Shown: positions 7,728 to 19,948, numbered from the stretch's first letter. The stretch: DNA of 20,000 nucleotides from Rhizaria sp. SCN 62-66 (GCA_001724265.1 MEDY01000143.1:46632-66631), one strand, 5' to 3'. Notes: generated by a model not told the origin, from the letters alone. A program made the numbers and translations.

Positions 7728-10700
7728 TTACCAGCGCCCAGTCTCCTTGAGGTACTCGATGACCTGCGCGAGTACCGGTGGGCAAGCCACAAGTACGGCG
7801 CCCGAGTCGTCCATGCCCTGCGCCACCGCGCTCGCCGTGCGGTCGCCGATCTTGCTGCGGCGGCGCGCGCGCAGCAGCACGCTGGCGTAGAGCTGGCTGT
7901 ACGCCGCCGGCTGCGGTCGGTCCAGAATCTCAAACCCCAAGCCCAACGACAGCAGCCGCGCCGCGGTCACGAGTGGGCACCGCAGCAGCCGCGGCCGCTG
8001 ATCATTGCCTCCGCCACTTCCGCTTGCGCCGTCGCCGCCGCCGTCGCCGCCAGGGGTGGAGCCGGCGTTGGCGCCGTCGGCGTCGGGGCTCCAGAGCACA
8101 GTCTCGCCGAACGCGCCTAGCAGCGCGACCTCCTTGCTCAGGTGGCGGTCGCTGTTGCGCATCTCGTACCCGGGCCGCGGCCGGTACCCGCTGCTGGCGC
8201 TGGCGCCGCCACCCAGCGGGCAGCCCAGCGTCGCCGCGGCGGCCGTGGCGGCACCGTGCAGACGGGTTTGCGCCAGCACCACGAGCTGCTCTGCGACGGA
8301 GGACAATACGGCTGAGGAGTCGTAGGGTGTGAACAGGCCGCTGTGAGGGCCGGGGCCGAACACGGTCACGCCATGCGCGTTGGTCTTGGCGTTAGGACCG
8401 TTGCTGTTGCTGGTGTTATAGGTCGGGAAAGGGGACGGGGTGGGGATGTTGCGTGTCATCGGCAACGCTGACCAGAGCAGGCTGGCCGCCATCGCCGCGC
8501 CGTAAGTCAAGCCGCCCGGCGCGGAAGTCAGGCCGCCCCGCGCGGCGCAGTGCAGCGCCTGGTAGTAGTGGAGCGAGCTGACTGTGGCCGCGGGCGCGGC
8601 AGAGCAGGCGACGGTGGTTGCGCTCGAGACCGAGACAGTGCCGGGTGCGCCGACGACGGTGTTGCCGTGACTCGACGCAGCGCCCGCGCCGCTCGCGGCG
8701 TTGTTGGTGACGACGACGCTGTTGCTGCCGCTGCCGTTGCCGTTGCCACTGCTATTGCCGGCAGCAGAGCTGCTGGGGACTAAGGTGGGCGCGGTGACCA
8801 CGGCGGCGTCGGCGGTCGGCACGGCCAGGTGCAGCGAGAGAAGCGAGTAATACACAAACGGGCTGCCGCAAAAGAGGTCTGACATGCCCTGCGCCAGCTC
8901 TTCCCGCATCGACAGCGACGCGATGCCGCCGCTGCCGCCACTCGCGTCTTCGCCACCATCACCGTCGCCGTAGCCGCTATGAGTATGCGCGACGGGGCTA
9001 TTGGTCGCGGTAGAGCCGGGGACGGGGCCCGCGAGCGCGGCGTAGAGCGCGGCGACGACTGCGCGCTCGACGGGCGCCGACAGCGGGTGCGGGCGCAGCA
9101 CGGGGAGCGCGCCGGTCCAGCCGATGCGCTGCGCCACGCGCACCGGCGTCGCGATGAACGCACGCGCTAGCAACACGGGCGGGCAGCGCGAGCGCGGGAA
9201 CAGCGGTGCAAGGCGCATCGGCGGCAGCGAGAGCTCGATCGCGCTGTTAGCGGCAGTACCGCTCGCGGATGCGGTCGGGGTCGGGAAGTTGCCGTTGTTG
9301 CCGTTGTTGCCGTTGCTGTTATTCGCAGTAGCGAGCGATGCCGTGGACGAGAGGAGAGCGAGGGTGCGGGCTGCGGTGCTGGGCGTGGGAGGGCAGTTGA
9401 GACGCAGGGCGGTTCCGAAAAAGTCGTTACTAGAGTTCGCGCTACTGCTACCGCCAGTGGCAGCAATGTCAGCTGCAGTGAAGGAGCTCTGGCTGCTACG
9501 GCTATTCGCGGCGGTGCTTGAATGAACGCTCTTGCTCGGCGTCTGCAGCACCTGCAACAGAGACAGAGCATGCGAGGGGGGCTGCGATGCGTAATGTAAG
9601 TACTGCTGCTGCAAGTGTAAGGGGAGGACAAGTGAGGCCGCGCTCGGCGGACACGCGCCGCCAACACCGACGCTTACGTTCGTATTTACAGCGGCGGCAC
9701 CAGAGGTACTTACACCGCCGGACTGCTGTAAGGGGCTGGCGCCGGCGCTGAGGTACGCGCGCGCCAAGTCCAGGTCGATGCCGACTGGATCCCCGCCGTC
9801 GATGCCCCGCATCACCCCCCGCACGCCGCCGCTGCCACCTGCGACGGCATAGTTGGCGCCAGCGGCGACGTCGGCGCTCGCGTCGGCGTGCGGCGGTGTC
9901 GCCGTGATCGTGGTGATCGCCCGCAGCGCGGCGGCGTCGTCGCCGCCCGCGGCGTAGGCGGCCGCCAGCGCGTCAGCCTCTTGGACCAGCCGCCACCCCG
10001 CGGCCAGCGAGACCGAATTGAGCCCGCCCGGCGCAGTCTGTTGCCCCGAGGCGGCGGTGAGGCCGCTGAACGAGTCACCCGGCTTGGCCAGCAGCGCGGC
10101 GGCCATGGCCTGGTACGGATCGCTGGTGAGGGCGAGCGGGCCAAACACGCTCGCGTACCCGTCGTTACATAGGCCGGCCGCGGCCGTGGCCAGCGTACGG
10201 CGCGTCAGGCTGAGGTAGAACGCCGTGGGGCGCGGCGGCTGCGGCAACGATGGCAAGGGCGCGGCGGCAGCGGCGGCGGCGGACGCGGCGGCGGCGGTCG
10301 CGGCGGCGGCGGCGACGAAGGCGGCCGAGGCGGCGGTCGTCGCGGCGGCGACCAGCGTTGCAAACTCACGCAATTCGAGCTGCTTCTGCATTCCCCCATC
10401 CCCTCCGTGCTGCTGCTGCTCTTGCTCTTGCTCTTGCTCGGCCTGCAGCTGCTTGTAGGTACGCGCGAGCGACTGCGCGTGCGCGTGCGCCCTGGCCGCG
10501 CGGCGCCGTGCCCTACCCGCCGCCGTCGTCGCCGCCGCGGCCGCCGCGCGCAGCCTGGCCTTGCCGGCCGCCGCGGCGCGCTTGAGGGCGGCGTGGCGGG
10601 CGCAGGCGCGCGCGTAGGCGGCCGCCAGTGCACCCGCATCAGTGCCGTTGGAGCTGTTGGGGCTGGGGCTGGGGCCGAGGGAGAGGGCGGCGGCGGCGGC

Positions 10701-13700
10701 GGCGGGCGCGGGCGCGGCGAGCGCGACCCAGCCCGGGGGTAGGATCCCGCCATAGCTGCTGCTGCCGCTGATGTTGCTATTGCTAGCCGTTCTGGCACCG
10801 GCGCCAGTGCCGCGGGTGACCGCGGCCAGCGCGAGGAGCGCGATCGGCGACGGGCCCTGCTGCTGTTGCTGCTGTTGCTGCAACATCTGCTGCTGCTGCT
10901 GCTGGGGATGACCGTGGGCGGCACGGGTGCGCGCGGTACGCGCGATGTGCCGCGCCTGCTTGTGCGTCGCGGGCAGGACGCTTGCGTGCAGCCAGGTGAG
11001 GGCGGCAAAGGCGGGCAGCGCGACCGTGGTCACGGGGTTCAGCAGCGGGAGCTGGGAGCGGCTAAGGGGGTATTTAGAGTTGAACTTGGACTTGGCATGA
11101 GAACGAGACGTCGACGTCTTAGACTTGTTAGAGGACGTGGACTGTGACTTAATCGAGTACTTAATCTGAGGGAAGTTCGTGTACGCTGCGGGAATGTAAG
11201 GGGTAAGTCCCCACACAACATTACCACCAGACTTCGAGCTAGCGCCGTCAATGTAAGACCCATTCTTGCTGCTGCTCACAGTGTAGGGGGCCAGGAAGAG
11301 CGTCGTAGTGCCAGCGTCCCCGGGACTGTATGGGAGGGCAAAGCGGCTCAACCTCGAGTCGGGCCGCGACGCGTGCGGCCGCAGAAGAGACACGTTGCCG
11401 CTGCTGTTATGCACTGCGACTAGGCTACTAGAGCTGTTCTTGGTCGAGTTGTTCTCGCGGTCACTTTTGCTGCCAGCGTTGCCCTCTTCTTCGTTGTCGT
11501 CGTCGCTGTCGCCGTCGCTCTCTAAGAGCGACATGTCACCCTTAGACGCAGCAGCCTTGCCTCCCTTCGCACTCGCGCTCGCGCTCGCGCTCGCAGCGGC
11601 TGCGGCGGTGTTGGCAGTGACTGTAGCGGGCGTCGGCGTGAGGATGTTGCTGACGGCGTAAAGCAGTTCGTCGCACTCGACCGCCGTCTGCGACAGGGGC
11701 ACGATGAACTGCGGTGTGTACAGGTGGCTCGCACCGGAGTATGCACCGTTGTCGCTCACGCCACAGCCGCTGCCGTTGCCACAACCGCTGCTGCCATTGC
11801 TCGAGAGCGCGGGACCGAAACCAGTGATCGTGTTGCTGGCGGCGGGGTTGCCGGCGGTCACGGCCGCGATAGCCGCTGCGACCGCCGCCGCCGCGGCCGC
11901 AGCCGCCATCCCGGCGATCGCATCGCCGTCGGCGTCCGCGGCGCCCGCCTCGCTACAATGGACGGCGCGGTATGCGCTCTGGCCAGGCGCGTGCGTGTTG
12001 GCGCTGGCGATGGCGGTCAGCGCGGCGCGGGCCGTGGGGCAGTCCTGCAGCGCGGCGAGGAGGTAGTGCGCCGGGCGCGGCTTGCGGGGCCGCGGGGGCA
12101 GCTCAAACACGAACGGCTCGAAGGGCTTCTCGCCAGAGTCGCCAGCAGTACCAGTGGCGTCACTGTTGCTGCTGATGCTGATGCTGGTGAGATTGCTCTT
12201 AGAGCTGTGGGCATCAGTGTTGCTGTTGTTGTTGTTGTTGATGTTGTTTGTGTTCGTCCGCTTGGGCGCGTGCGCGTGGCCGTGGCTGAAGCTGTCCGTG
12301 TCGCCAAACGTCGGTGACGCGCAACCGACGCGGCCGTTAGCCGCATCGCCGGCGTCGTCGCCGTCGCTTTCGCTGTCGCTGACGCTGACGACAACGCTGC
12401 CACTCACCCTCACGCTCCCAGTCGCATTCACACTAGCAGCAGGCGCAGCAGCAGCAGCAGCAGCAGCAGCGGCATTGGCACCGGCAGTCTTGGCGTCGTG
12501 AACGTTGCTTGCGCCGCCGGACACCATGCGGTTGTAGTGCTCCTTCTGCGCCGTCTTGCGGGCCTTGAGTGCCGCCGAGTACACCTCCCTCGCGGCCGCG
12601 TACTTGAGTCTCGCCGCCTCGAAGCTCGCCGCCGCGGCGAAAACCCGCCCGCGGAGCGCGCCGCGGCAGCTGGCGGCAACGGCGAGTGCTAGCGCGCGCG
12701 CGGCGTTCTCGCACGCCAGCGGCGAGAGCGACGGGTGCGGCTGCGCGGGCCGGCGGTCGAGGCCGGTGACGATGGTGACCGAGGAGCCAGTGAGGGCGTG
12801 GGAAGGCACCGTGACGGCCGTGGCGGCAGCGGCCAGAGCGGCCGCGGATCCACTGCGGTCGTCGATGCCGCCGTCAGTGGTGGTTTTGCTGTTGTGGCTG
12901 AGAGTGGTGGCGGTGGCGAGGGGGTTGGTAGCGGTGAGGGTTTGAAGGTGGTCGGCAATGATGGCCATGTCGACATCGTCCTGAAAAGCACAAAAGAAAG
13001 AACAAAGTGGGATATGTGTGAGATACTGCATGTAAAATTGTGGCGAAGAATGAACAAGAAAGTGGAAGTGAAAACGTACCTCAGTACTCGCCCACTCCTG
13101 CGAGCTCCCCGCAGCAGTGTTGCTGCTGTTGTTGCCGTTGTTGTTTGTGAGAGCGAGAACCGCCTTGGGCAGCACGGGGACGGCGCTGGCTCCCGTCGCG
13201 GTGCACGCCTCGGCCACGTGCGCAACCTTGAGCAGCGACGACGCGTACAGACGCAGCGCCTGTGCGCGCCTCGCGGAGTCCAAGTCAAGCCGCGCCGCCG
13301 GGGCGGAGGACAAGTTAGGCCGCGCCGGGTTGTCCCCGCCGTCCTTGGTGTTGCTGAGAGAGAAAAGCGGCAGGGTTTGCGCATCGTTGTACGCCGTCTC
13401 GGCAACGACGGAGTGGGCCACGGATGTATTAGCAAGCGCCGTCACAGTAGCGCTATGCATTGTCTGCGCACTGGCGCTCTTAGCCCCGCCGCTGCCGCCG
13501 TTACTGTTGCTGTTGCTGTTGTTGTTGTTGTTGTTGTTGTTGACGGTGAAGAACGGGGGCAAGGCGCCGGTGCCCGCGCCGGCGCCAGTGGCCGCAGTGG
13601 CGGCGGCAGCAGCGGCAGCCGCGGTGGCGGCCGCGGTGTCATCATCATCCTCGTCATTGCATGACTTGGGACAATTGGGCTGTGGTAAGAGGCCGAGGAG

Positions 13701-16700
13701 ACTATGAGGCACGATGTAAGTACCCTGCACACTGACATCGCCAAAAGCAGCAGCAACAGTGTCAACACTGTCAGTGCCGGAGCCCTTAGACTGTGGCAGC
13801 GATGCAAGTGTCTTTGCGTACGCGGTCGACAACGCAGGATCACTGCAGTTCTCTGTCAAGTCGAGCGCGTAGGGGTCGACAAAGCCCTGCGCGAGCCGCA
13901 GCAGCGGCAGTACGTCAAGGGGCAGCGTCGGCAGAATAGACCGGCCCACGGTCACCTGCTGAGTCAGCACGCCGTCGCTGCGGGCGGAGAGGGCGCCCAC
14001 TGTATGCTGCTGCTGGAGAGTGCTCTGAAGCGCCTGCGAGCGCAGCGCGCGCGTGAGGAACGGGTTCAGCACGGTGGAGCCGGGCGCCGCGGCCGCGCGA
14101 GTGCTGCTGAGGGGGACGAAGCCGGGGGGCAACACGGTCACAGAATCAGAACTAGAACCAATAGAGTCATCCGCAGCATTGCTGCTCTTGATGCTCTTGA
14201 GGTTGCCGTTGTTGTTGTTGTTGTTGTTGTTGCGAGGGGAAAGCTCGGAGTCACTCTTCCGCTCACACTGGTTAGCGGCAAATCTACTCGTGCTCGCAGC
14301 GGTGCCGAAAGCGGTGTTGGTAAGCTCAGACATGAACGAATCGATCTCAGCATCAACAGCAGAGTTACTGGGATCGTTAGAGTCCTCAGTCTCGCTTTCG
14401 CACTCGTCAAAGCCGTCGTCATAGTCAGCATCACTCGGCGCGCTGTAGTTTAAAGAGGCCGAGGGCGAGACGAAAATACCAGGGATGTGGTCGGAAGGTA
14501 AGCCGCCACCGCCGCTGGAAGTTAGGCCGCCGTTGCCCGCAGTCAGCGCACTGCCGCTGCTACGCGCTAAGGCGCGTGCGACGACCGCAGTCGCAGCGCC
14601 CGCGCTCGCGCTCGCACTCGCGGTTGACGAAACGCGGGCGTTGCTGTTGGACTTGAGGAGCGCTAGCAGAGCGGCGGGCGTGGCCGGAAGAGGGACGCCG
14701 ACCGACGATAGGGCCAGCCGCCAGTTGGCCAGCAGGGCCACGTCGCGCTGGCTGACGCCGCTCGGCTTACCGGGACGGCGACTGCTGCTGGAGTGGCGCT
14801 TGGAGCGGCGACTGACGGGACGGGCGCGATTGGACTGGGGGTCGGTTTCACTGTCGCTAGCACTGTCATTTTCACTGTTGTTAATGATATTGTTGTTGTC
14901 ATTCTTGTTGTTGGAATCAGAGTCGGAGTCACTGCTGTTGAAGTCAGTCGTCTCACTATCACTCCCCCGATCGTCATCGTCATCATCGTCATTGTCGCTT
15001 TCGTCGTTGTTATCTTGCTCACCGTCAGTTGAGTCACTCTCACTCTCACTCTCGCTCTCGCTGCCGCACTGCTCCAGACTCCGGCCCTTGAGCTGGCTCT
15101 GGCGCTTCGCCCGAGACCGCGCCAGCGACTGCGCCTGCGCCAGTGACAACGACTGCGCCTGCGCGTCGCCGTGGCCCGTGGAGGTGCTGTCGCCGCGGAC
15201 GCTCTCGAGCCGCAGCATGTAGTTGAGAAGCGGGTCGAACTCGACCGCGGCCACCGACGCATACAGCGTGTTGGTCACCGCCGTCTCGCTCTCGGCCGCC
15301 GACATCAGCGCGGCGGCGACGATGTCAGAGCCCACGAGGATGGGACTCACGCCGGCGGGACTCGCGCTCGCATTCGCATTCGCGTTGCTGTTGTTGTTGT
15401 TGTTGTTGCTGTTGTTGTCATTGTCGCTGGCGAGAGCGGAGATGGCTGCGGCAATGACGATGGCTGCTTCCTGAGGTGAGTCGATGCCCCTTACAGCGGT
15501 CGTGTAAGTGACACCCTTAGAGTGGCCGCCATTGTAAGTACCCCGCGGCTTCTGCTGAGTCAGTGCACTCGTCATCGCCGTCGACGACGGGGCAATGTAA
15601 GTGCTCTGCTTGGTACTTACAAGTGTCATGGCCCTGCGCATGGCTAAACGCACGCGCTTGCGGAGGCCCTTAGACTTTGCTTGGTGCTCTGAGAAGCACT
15701 TAGACCGCGCGGCCACGAGCGCCTCGTGCTGCTGTTCTAAGTACTCCTCCTCCTGCTCCGGGGTCATCTCCCTCTGCCTCTGCCTTTGCTGATCTTGCTC
15801 CTGCTCGAGGTCGCGCTCGCGCTGCTGCTGCTGCAGCTCCAGCGTCCGCTGCAGCCGCTCCTGCTGCTGCTCTTTGACGGCCGAGAGCACGGCATCCTCG
15901 GTGCCTGCGGCGAGCTCGGTCGCCTTGCCGTCTAAGTACCCGTCCAGCAGGGTAAGTACGCTCAGCGCGGCCAGCGTGCGCCGACCAGCGCCCGCCGCGG
16001 CCTCCGCCGCCGCCGCCGCAGCAGCAGCAGACGCGGCCATCGCAGCAACCACGGTCGCGTCAGTCTTGCTCTTGCTGTCACCGCCGGCAGCACCGACCGT
16101 GAGCAAGCGGCTTAACTTCCCGAGCCCCAGCGGAATGCCCTCGCTCTCGCCGCCCACCGCACCCGCGCTGGCGCTCGAGTCCGCGGGGTCGCTGGAAGGA
16201 CTACTCCCACCGGCGGCGGCCGCGGAGGACTCCGAGAGGAGCCACTGGCGCAGCTGCTGCCGGTAGCGGCGGCAGCGGACGCGCTCGACACACCACGCCG
16301 GCAAGTCCCACACTACGACGCCGCGGCCGTCAGCCTGCGCCGAGGCCAACGTGGTCACGAGCGCCGATAGCGACTGGGCGTACTGCGCGGCGGGCAGGCG
16401 CAACAGGGCCAGGGGCTGCCGCAGCTGCTGCTGCTGGTGCTGTTGCTGCTGTTGTTGCAAGGGTGCCTGAGAGGCGGTGAAATCAGAGTCGGCTGCTGCA
16501 GCGTTGGGAGTGTTGGCGGCCGAGTCAGCGTTATCACTATTGTTGTTGTTGTTGTTGCTATTGTTGGGAGTTGTGGCGTACGAGTCGTCGAGCGACAAGT
16601 CAAGCCGGTGATCGAAGTCAGGCCGCGCTTCGAAATCAAGCCGCCGGTCCACCGCACCGTCAGCGACACCGACACGAACACTCTCAGCAGTCTTGCCGTT

Positions 16701-17502
16701 CGCCGCAGCATTCTCATCCCTAGTACTATCGTTGTTACTGTTGTTCGCGGTGTTGTTGATCGCGTTGCCCCCCGTCGAGCCGGTCAGCGTCGCGAGCGCC
16801 TGCGCCAGACTGAGGCTGACGCCGCTGTCACTAACCCCGCCCGCGGCCAGGGTGGGCGTCGCGCCGCCCGCGCCCTGGACGTCGCGGCGGCGGCAGCTCA
16901 CGCGCGGGGTCCCTGGTAGAGGCAGCGGCAGCGGGGGCAGCACCATCACCTGCGACTGCGAATGCGTTTGAGAACTGTCGGTGTTGGTCGCACTGTTGCT
17001 GTTATTATGGATGTTGTGAGACGTAAAAGCGGGAGGGTTCAGGGTGCCGCTGAAGGAGAACGAGTCAGCGTCAACGACCCCACCGGTGTAAGCACCCTGT
17101 GCGGAGGCACTTACATTTCTGGGCTGAGCGGCCGAGGCGTCGCCGATGAGGTCGCCGTCCCGGTCGCTCACACTGCCATCGCCAATAGAGTTCGCGCTCA
17201 GGCTAGCGCCCGCGTTATTGCTGTTGTTGTTGTTGCTGTGGATGATAGAGCGGCGTTGCAGTAACACAGACGAGCCAGAGCTGCTATCGCCGACACTGTA
17301 GAAGCTGCCACTTGCACTCGCGCAAACGTTGCCAGTCGCATTAGAGCTAGAGCTAGAGCTTGGGGTAGCGCTGAAGCTTGCACTAGAGCTGTTAATGTAT
17401 GTGCTGCTGGTATTGTTGTAGTTGAGGAGCAAAGGGTTGATCGATCCCAGGCCGACACTGCTGCTGCTGCTACTGCTGCCGCTGCTGCTGCTGCTACTGC
17501 TG

Positions 17503-17533
<31 letters not shown>

Positions 17534-18773
17534 GAACATCACTGGCACCAGCAAAGCTAGCATTGGGGTTCGTGCTGAGGCAGTTAAAGCTCGAGATTGC
17601 AGTCGCAGTGCTTGAAGTACTGACACAGGCGACGGAGGCGCTAAGACAGTTGCTCTGAGGGTAAAAGAGTGAGTGCTCGTCGACATCCTCGACGAAGGGC
17701 CTGCTCGCCGCCCCCTTAGCCGCGCCACCCTTACCCGCAGCGGCAGCGGCGACGACGGAGCCCGAGGCCGCAGAAGCGCCGTCACCGGCGCTGCAGCTGC
17801 TGAGAGCAGCAGTCGCGCTTGCAACCGCAGTCGCAACGTTCGTCACGGCGGCAGCAGCGCCAGTTGTGGAGCCAGAGCTCGAGCTAGAGCTCGGCGCCGC
17901 GCCACTGCCGCTGTTTGGGCTGGTGCTGGCGTTGCTATTCGCCGCGACCGCGCTGTTGGTCGCCGCGACAGCCGCGCTCGCAAGCGCCATCATGTGAGTC
18001 ACAGCGCTAGAGCTTGCAGTCGCAGTAGCCGACTCGCCTGAAACGCCGCTGTTCGCTCTCAGGACGGCCGTTGCCGCCTCCGCCGCCGCCTCCGCCGCCG
18101 CCGTGGCCGCCGCGGCCTCCGCCTCGGCCGCGGCGACCGCCCCGGCCAGCGTGGGCGCCGTCTGCAGCGGCGTGGTGAGCGCCATCGTGCCCGAAAGGCG
18201 GCCCAGCTCGGTCAGAGCGCGCGCGTAGCGGTCCGGGTTGGCGTCCGTGGTGACGGCGCCGCGCACGGCCGCGGCTACGGCGGCGGAGCGAAGCGCGAGC
18301 AGCGAGGCCGCGAGCGCCTCGAGTCCGCCCTGGGTGGGCGCGGCGACGAGGGCGAAAGACAGCGAGCGTGAGGACAGGAGCGAGAGCACGGAGCGCGGGA
18401 ACGGGAGCGTGTACAGAGTCGGCAGGAACGCGGGCAGGGAGCTGGGGGGCGGGAGAGTGGCGTTGCAAGATAAAGGGCCGGAGCTAGAGCTGTTGCTCTT
18501 GGTCTCAGCTTCGGTATCTGTTGTAGCTGACGCAGTCTCGGGAGCGGGCTGCTGGTCGGCTGCTAAGGCAGTCGCAGCATCCGTGACGGGCGTGGTCGCT
18601 GCCGTTAAAGCTGTGGGTGAAGACAGAAGGGGCTCTCTAGGCGGCATCATCGTTGCCTGCACTGGTGCCGCCACAGTGATGCTCTTGTTGTGAGAGCCGT
18701 ACTCTTCGTCGTCGTCATCATCGTGTCGGAAGGGTGACTCGGTGAGGCGAGACAAAGGGTCGCTGAAACTCAT
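7728..18773 (-). CDS. Giant low-complexity protein, putative highly expanded MKT1-like protein (XPG/PIN-like + MKT1_N + MKT1_C); exons 18773..13080 and 12980..7728, 3648 aa if spliced
   Basis: 11-kb frame from ATG to TAA; coding status is clear. Ordered islands (QPLALLRLP..GVVVWD, GVTYTTAV..PILVGSD, ILPTLPLDVLPLLRLAQGFVDPYAL, NDGYASVFGPLAL, LLARAFIATPVRVAQRIGWTGALP, LLWSALPM, AQVIEYLKE) resemble remembered MKT1 motifs in order. The family call is about 0.5. Confidence 0.85.
12981..13079 (-). other. Spliceosomal GT-AG intron, 99 nt, phase 0, no in-frame stop
   Basis: Minus strand GAG|GTACGT ... CTCAC (branch-like) ... TTTGTTCTTTCTTTTGTGCTTTTCAG|GAC. It is an AT-rich island in GC-rich CDS and translates as an out-of-character 33-mer (VRFHFHFLVHSSPQFYMQYLTHIPLCSFFCAFQ). 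Confidence 0.88.
13505..13542 (-). repeat. (AAC)n coding microsatellite (poly-Asn), representative of many in this gene
   Basis: (ttg)n run on the + strand; similar runs near 12225, 14210, 15390, 16540 and 17222. Confidence 0.9.
17458..17532 (-). repeat. (AGC)n coding microsatellite (poly-Ser) with a duplicated interrupted unit
   Basis: (ctg)n on the + strand, with the interruption ctactgctgccg occurring twice 24 nt apart. Confidence 0.9.
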
Positions 18774-19948
18774 CAGAAACGACGCACAAACGCAATTAAG
18801 CGTCGATTTACGGTATTAAACAGTCTCGATTATAGATTCAGGGCAAGAGCTTGGTTGAATTCAAGGTTTAGCTGACTACAGATGGAAAAGAGAGGGATGA
18901 AGTAGGCCCAACGGAAAGAGACAAAATAGGGAGAAGAATTTAAGCTGTGGTGAGAGCGAGATAAGGGCTGGCGGGCGTGTAATTCAAATGAATAAAACTG
19001 AACGTGGATAAATTTCTTGTAGTTATGGCTGAGTTTCTAAATCCTCAGTTTCTAATGCGGTACAAGTCGGCGAAAAAACGACCGGCTCACCCAAAGACGC
19101 GAAAGAAAATATCACTGTATAATTACAGCATGTCATAAGCACGTAAAATCTCGTATTCAAGCATACGCTGGTCAATAGAGACAACATTTTGGACACTTGT
19201 GAAGATATCAAGTGTAGATAATTATATTTTATTACAATTCAAATATTATGTGAAAGTTAGAACTCATAATGTAGTCGTTTCATGTGGATGCCAATCATGC
19301 GTACTGATGCGTAACTTAACCATTTTATGAAACGTTTGTTGTCTAAGCTGTCGTTGACAGTGGTAATGCGTTCGGCACGCGGCGTGGTGCTGCCATTTCT
19401 TTCGTGAAGCCGCGTAGGATGCTCTTAGTCTCTTCGACACACTTCCTCGTGTTTTGGAATCGGGCGAAGAAGCAAGAAGGTCGGGCTAAATGATTACAGA
19501 AATGTGCAAAAGACGCTGACAAGATTCTTGCTTTTACGTGACACACCTTTTTTTATTGAGTTCTGAGTGCAGCGCCAAAGGGTTTGTCCCCGCTGTCATG
19601 CGATGCCGGCTTCTGGCCTGGCACGGACGACATCACGCGGCCGACGGGCAGCGCAGCAGACTGACGGGACACGGTGTAAAGACAATAAACCAGAGGGCTT
19701 GAGCCCTATTATTGCGTACAGTGCTTTTCCGTGAGAATGATGTGAGGTGGGAAGCAAGAGTACAGTCCCGTCCGTAAACTCTTTCCGTGTGCCAGACACA
19801 GGCGGATTGGCTCATCTCCAGGATTGATGTTCGCATCCTTAAATGTGAAAAAAAGTTAATATCGTTCGTACTTATTTTATTTTGGTGTGAATACTAAAAT
19901 CAAATTGTATGAAGAGGTCGATATACCCTGGTTCATGTCTTCGTAGAC

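Noticed and set aside
7091..7785. Short ORFs between the convergent genes
   Set aside because: Mostly non-ATG starts and AT-rich; the strand-biased composition is better explained as 3' UTR.
770..18773. Dozens of overlapping and antisense ORFs of 60-394 aa
   Set aside because: Shadow frames of GC-rich, repeat-rich coding DNA; they translate as Arg/Pro or poly-Leu/Val tracts.
19193..19217. ATCAAGTGTAG match to U2 snRNA, plus a 7-bp hairpin ACACTTG/CAAGTGT
   Set aside because: Lacks the GTAGTA branch-recognition sequence and the U2 5' stem; a short chance match.
19525..19556. TTCTTGCTTTTAC resembling U5 loop I, followed by a T-run
   Set aside because: The invariant loop is GCCTTTTAC (one C is missing here) and no closing stem is present.
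19838..19926. Possible minus-strand intron (GTATAT...TTAAC...TTTAAG)
   Set aside because: Splice-like signals are present, but no spliced frame gives a convincing protein, and it conflicts with the candidate + strand start. Unresolved at the window edge.
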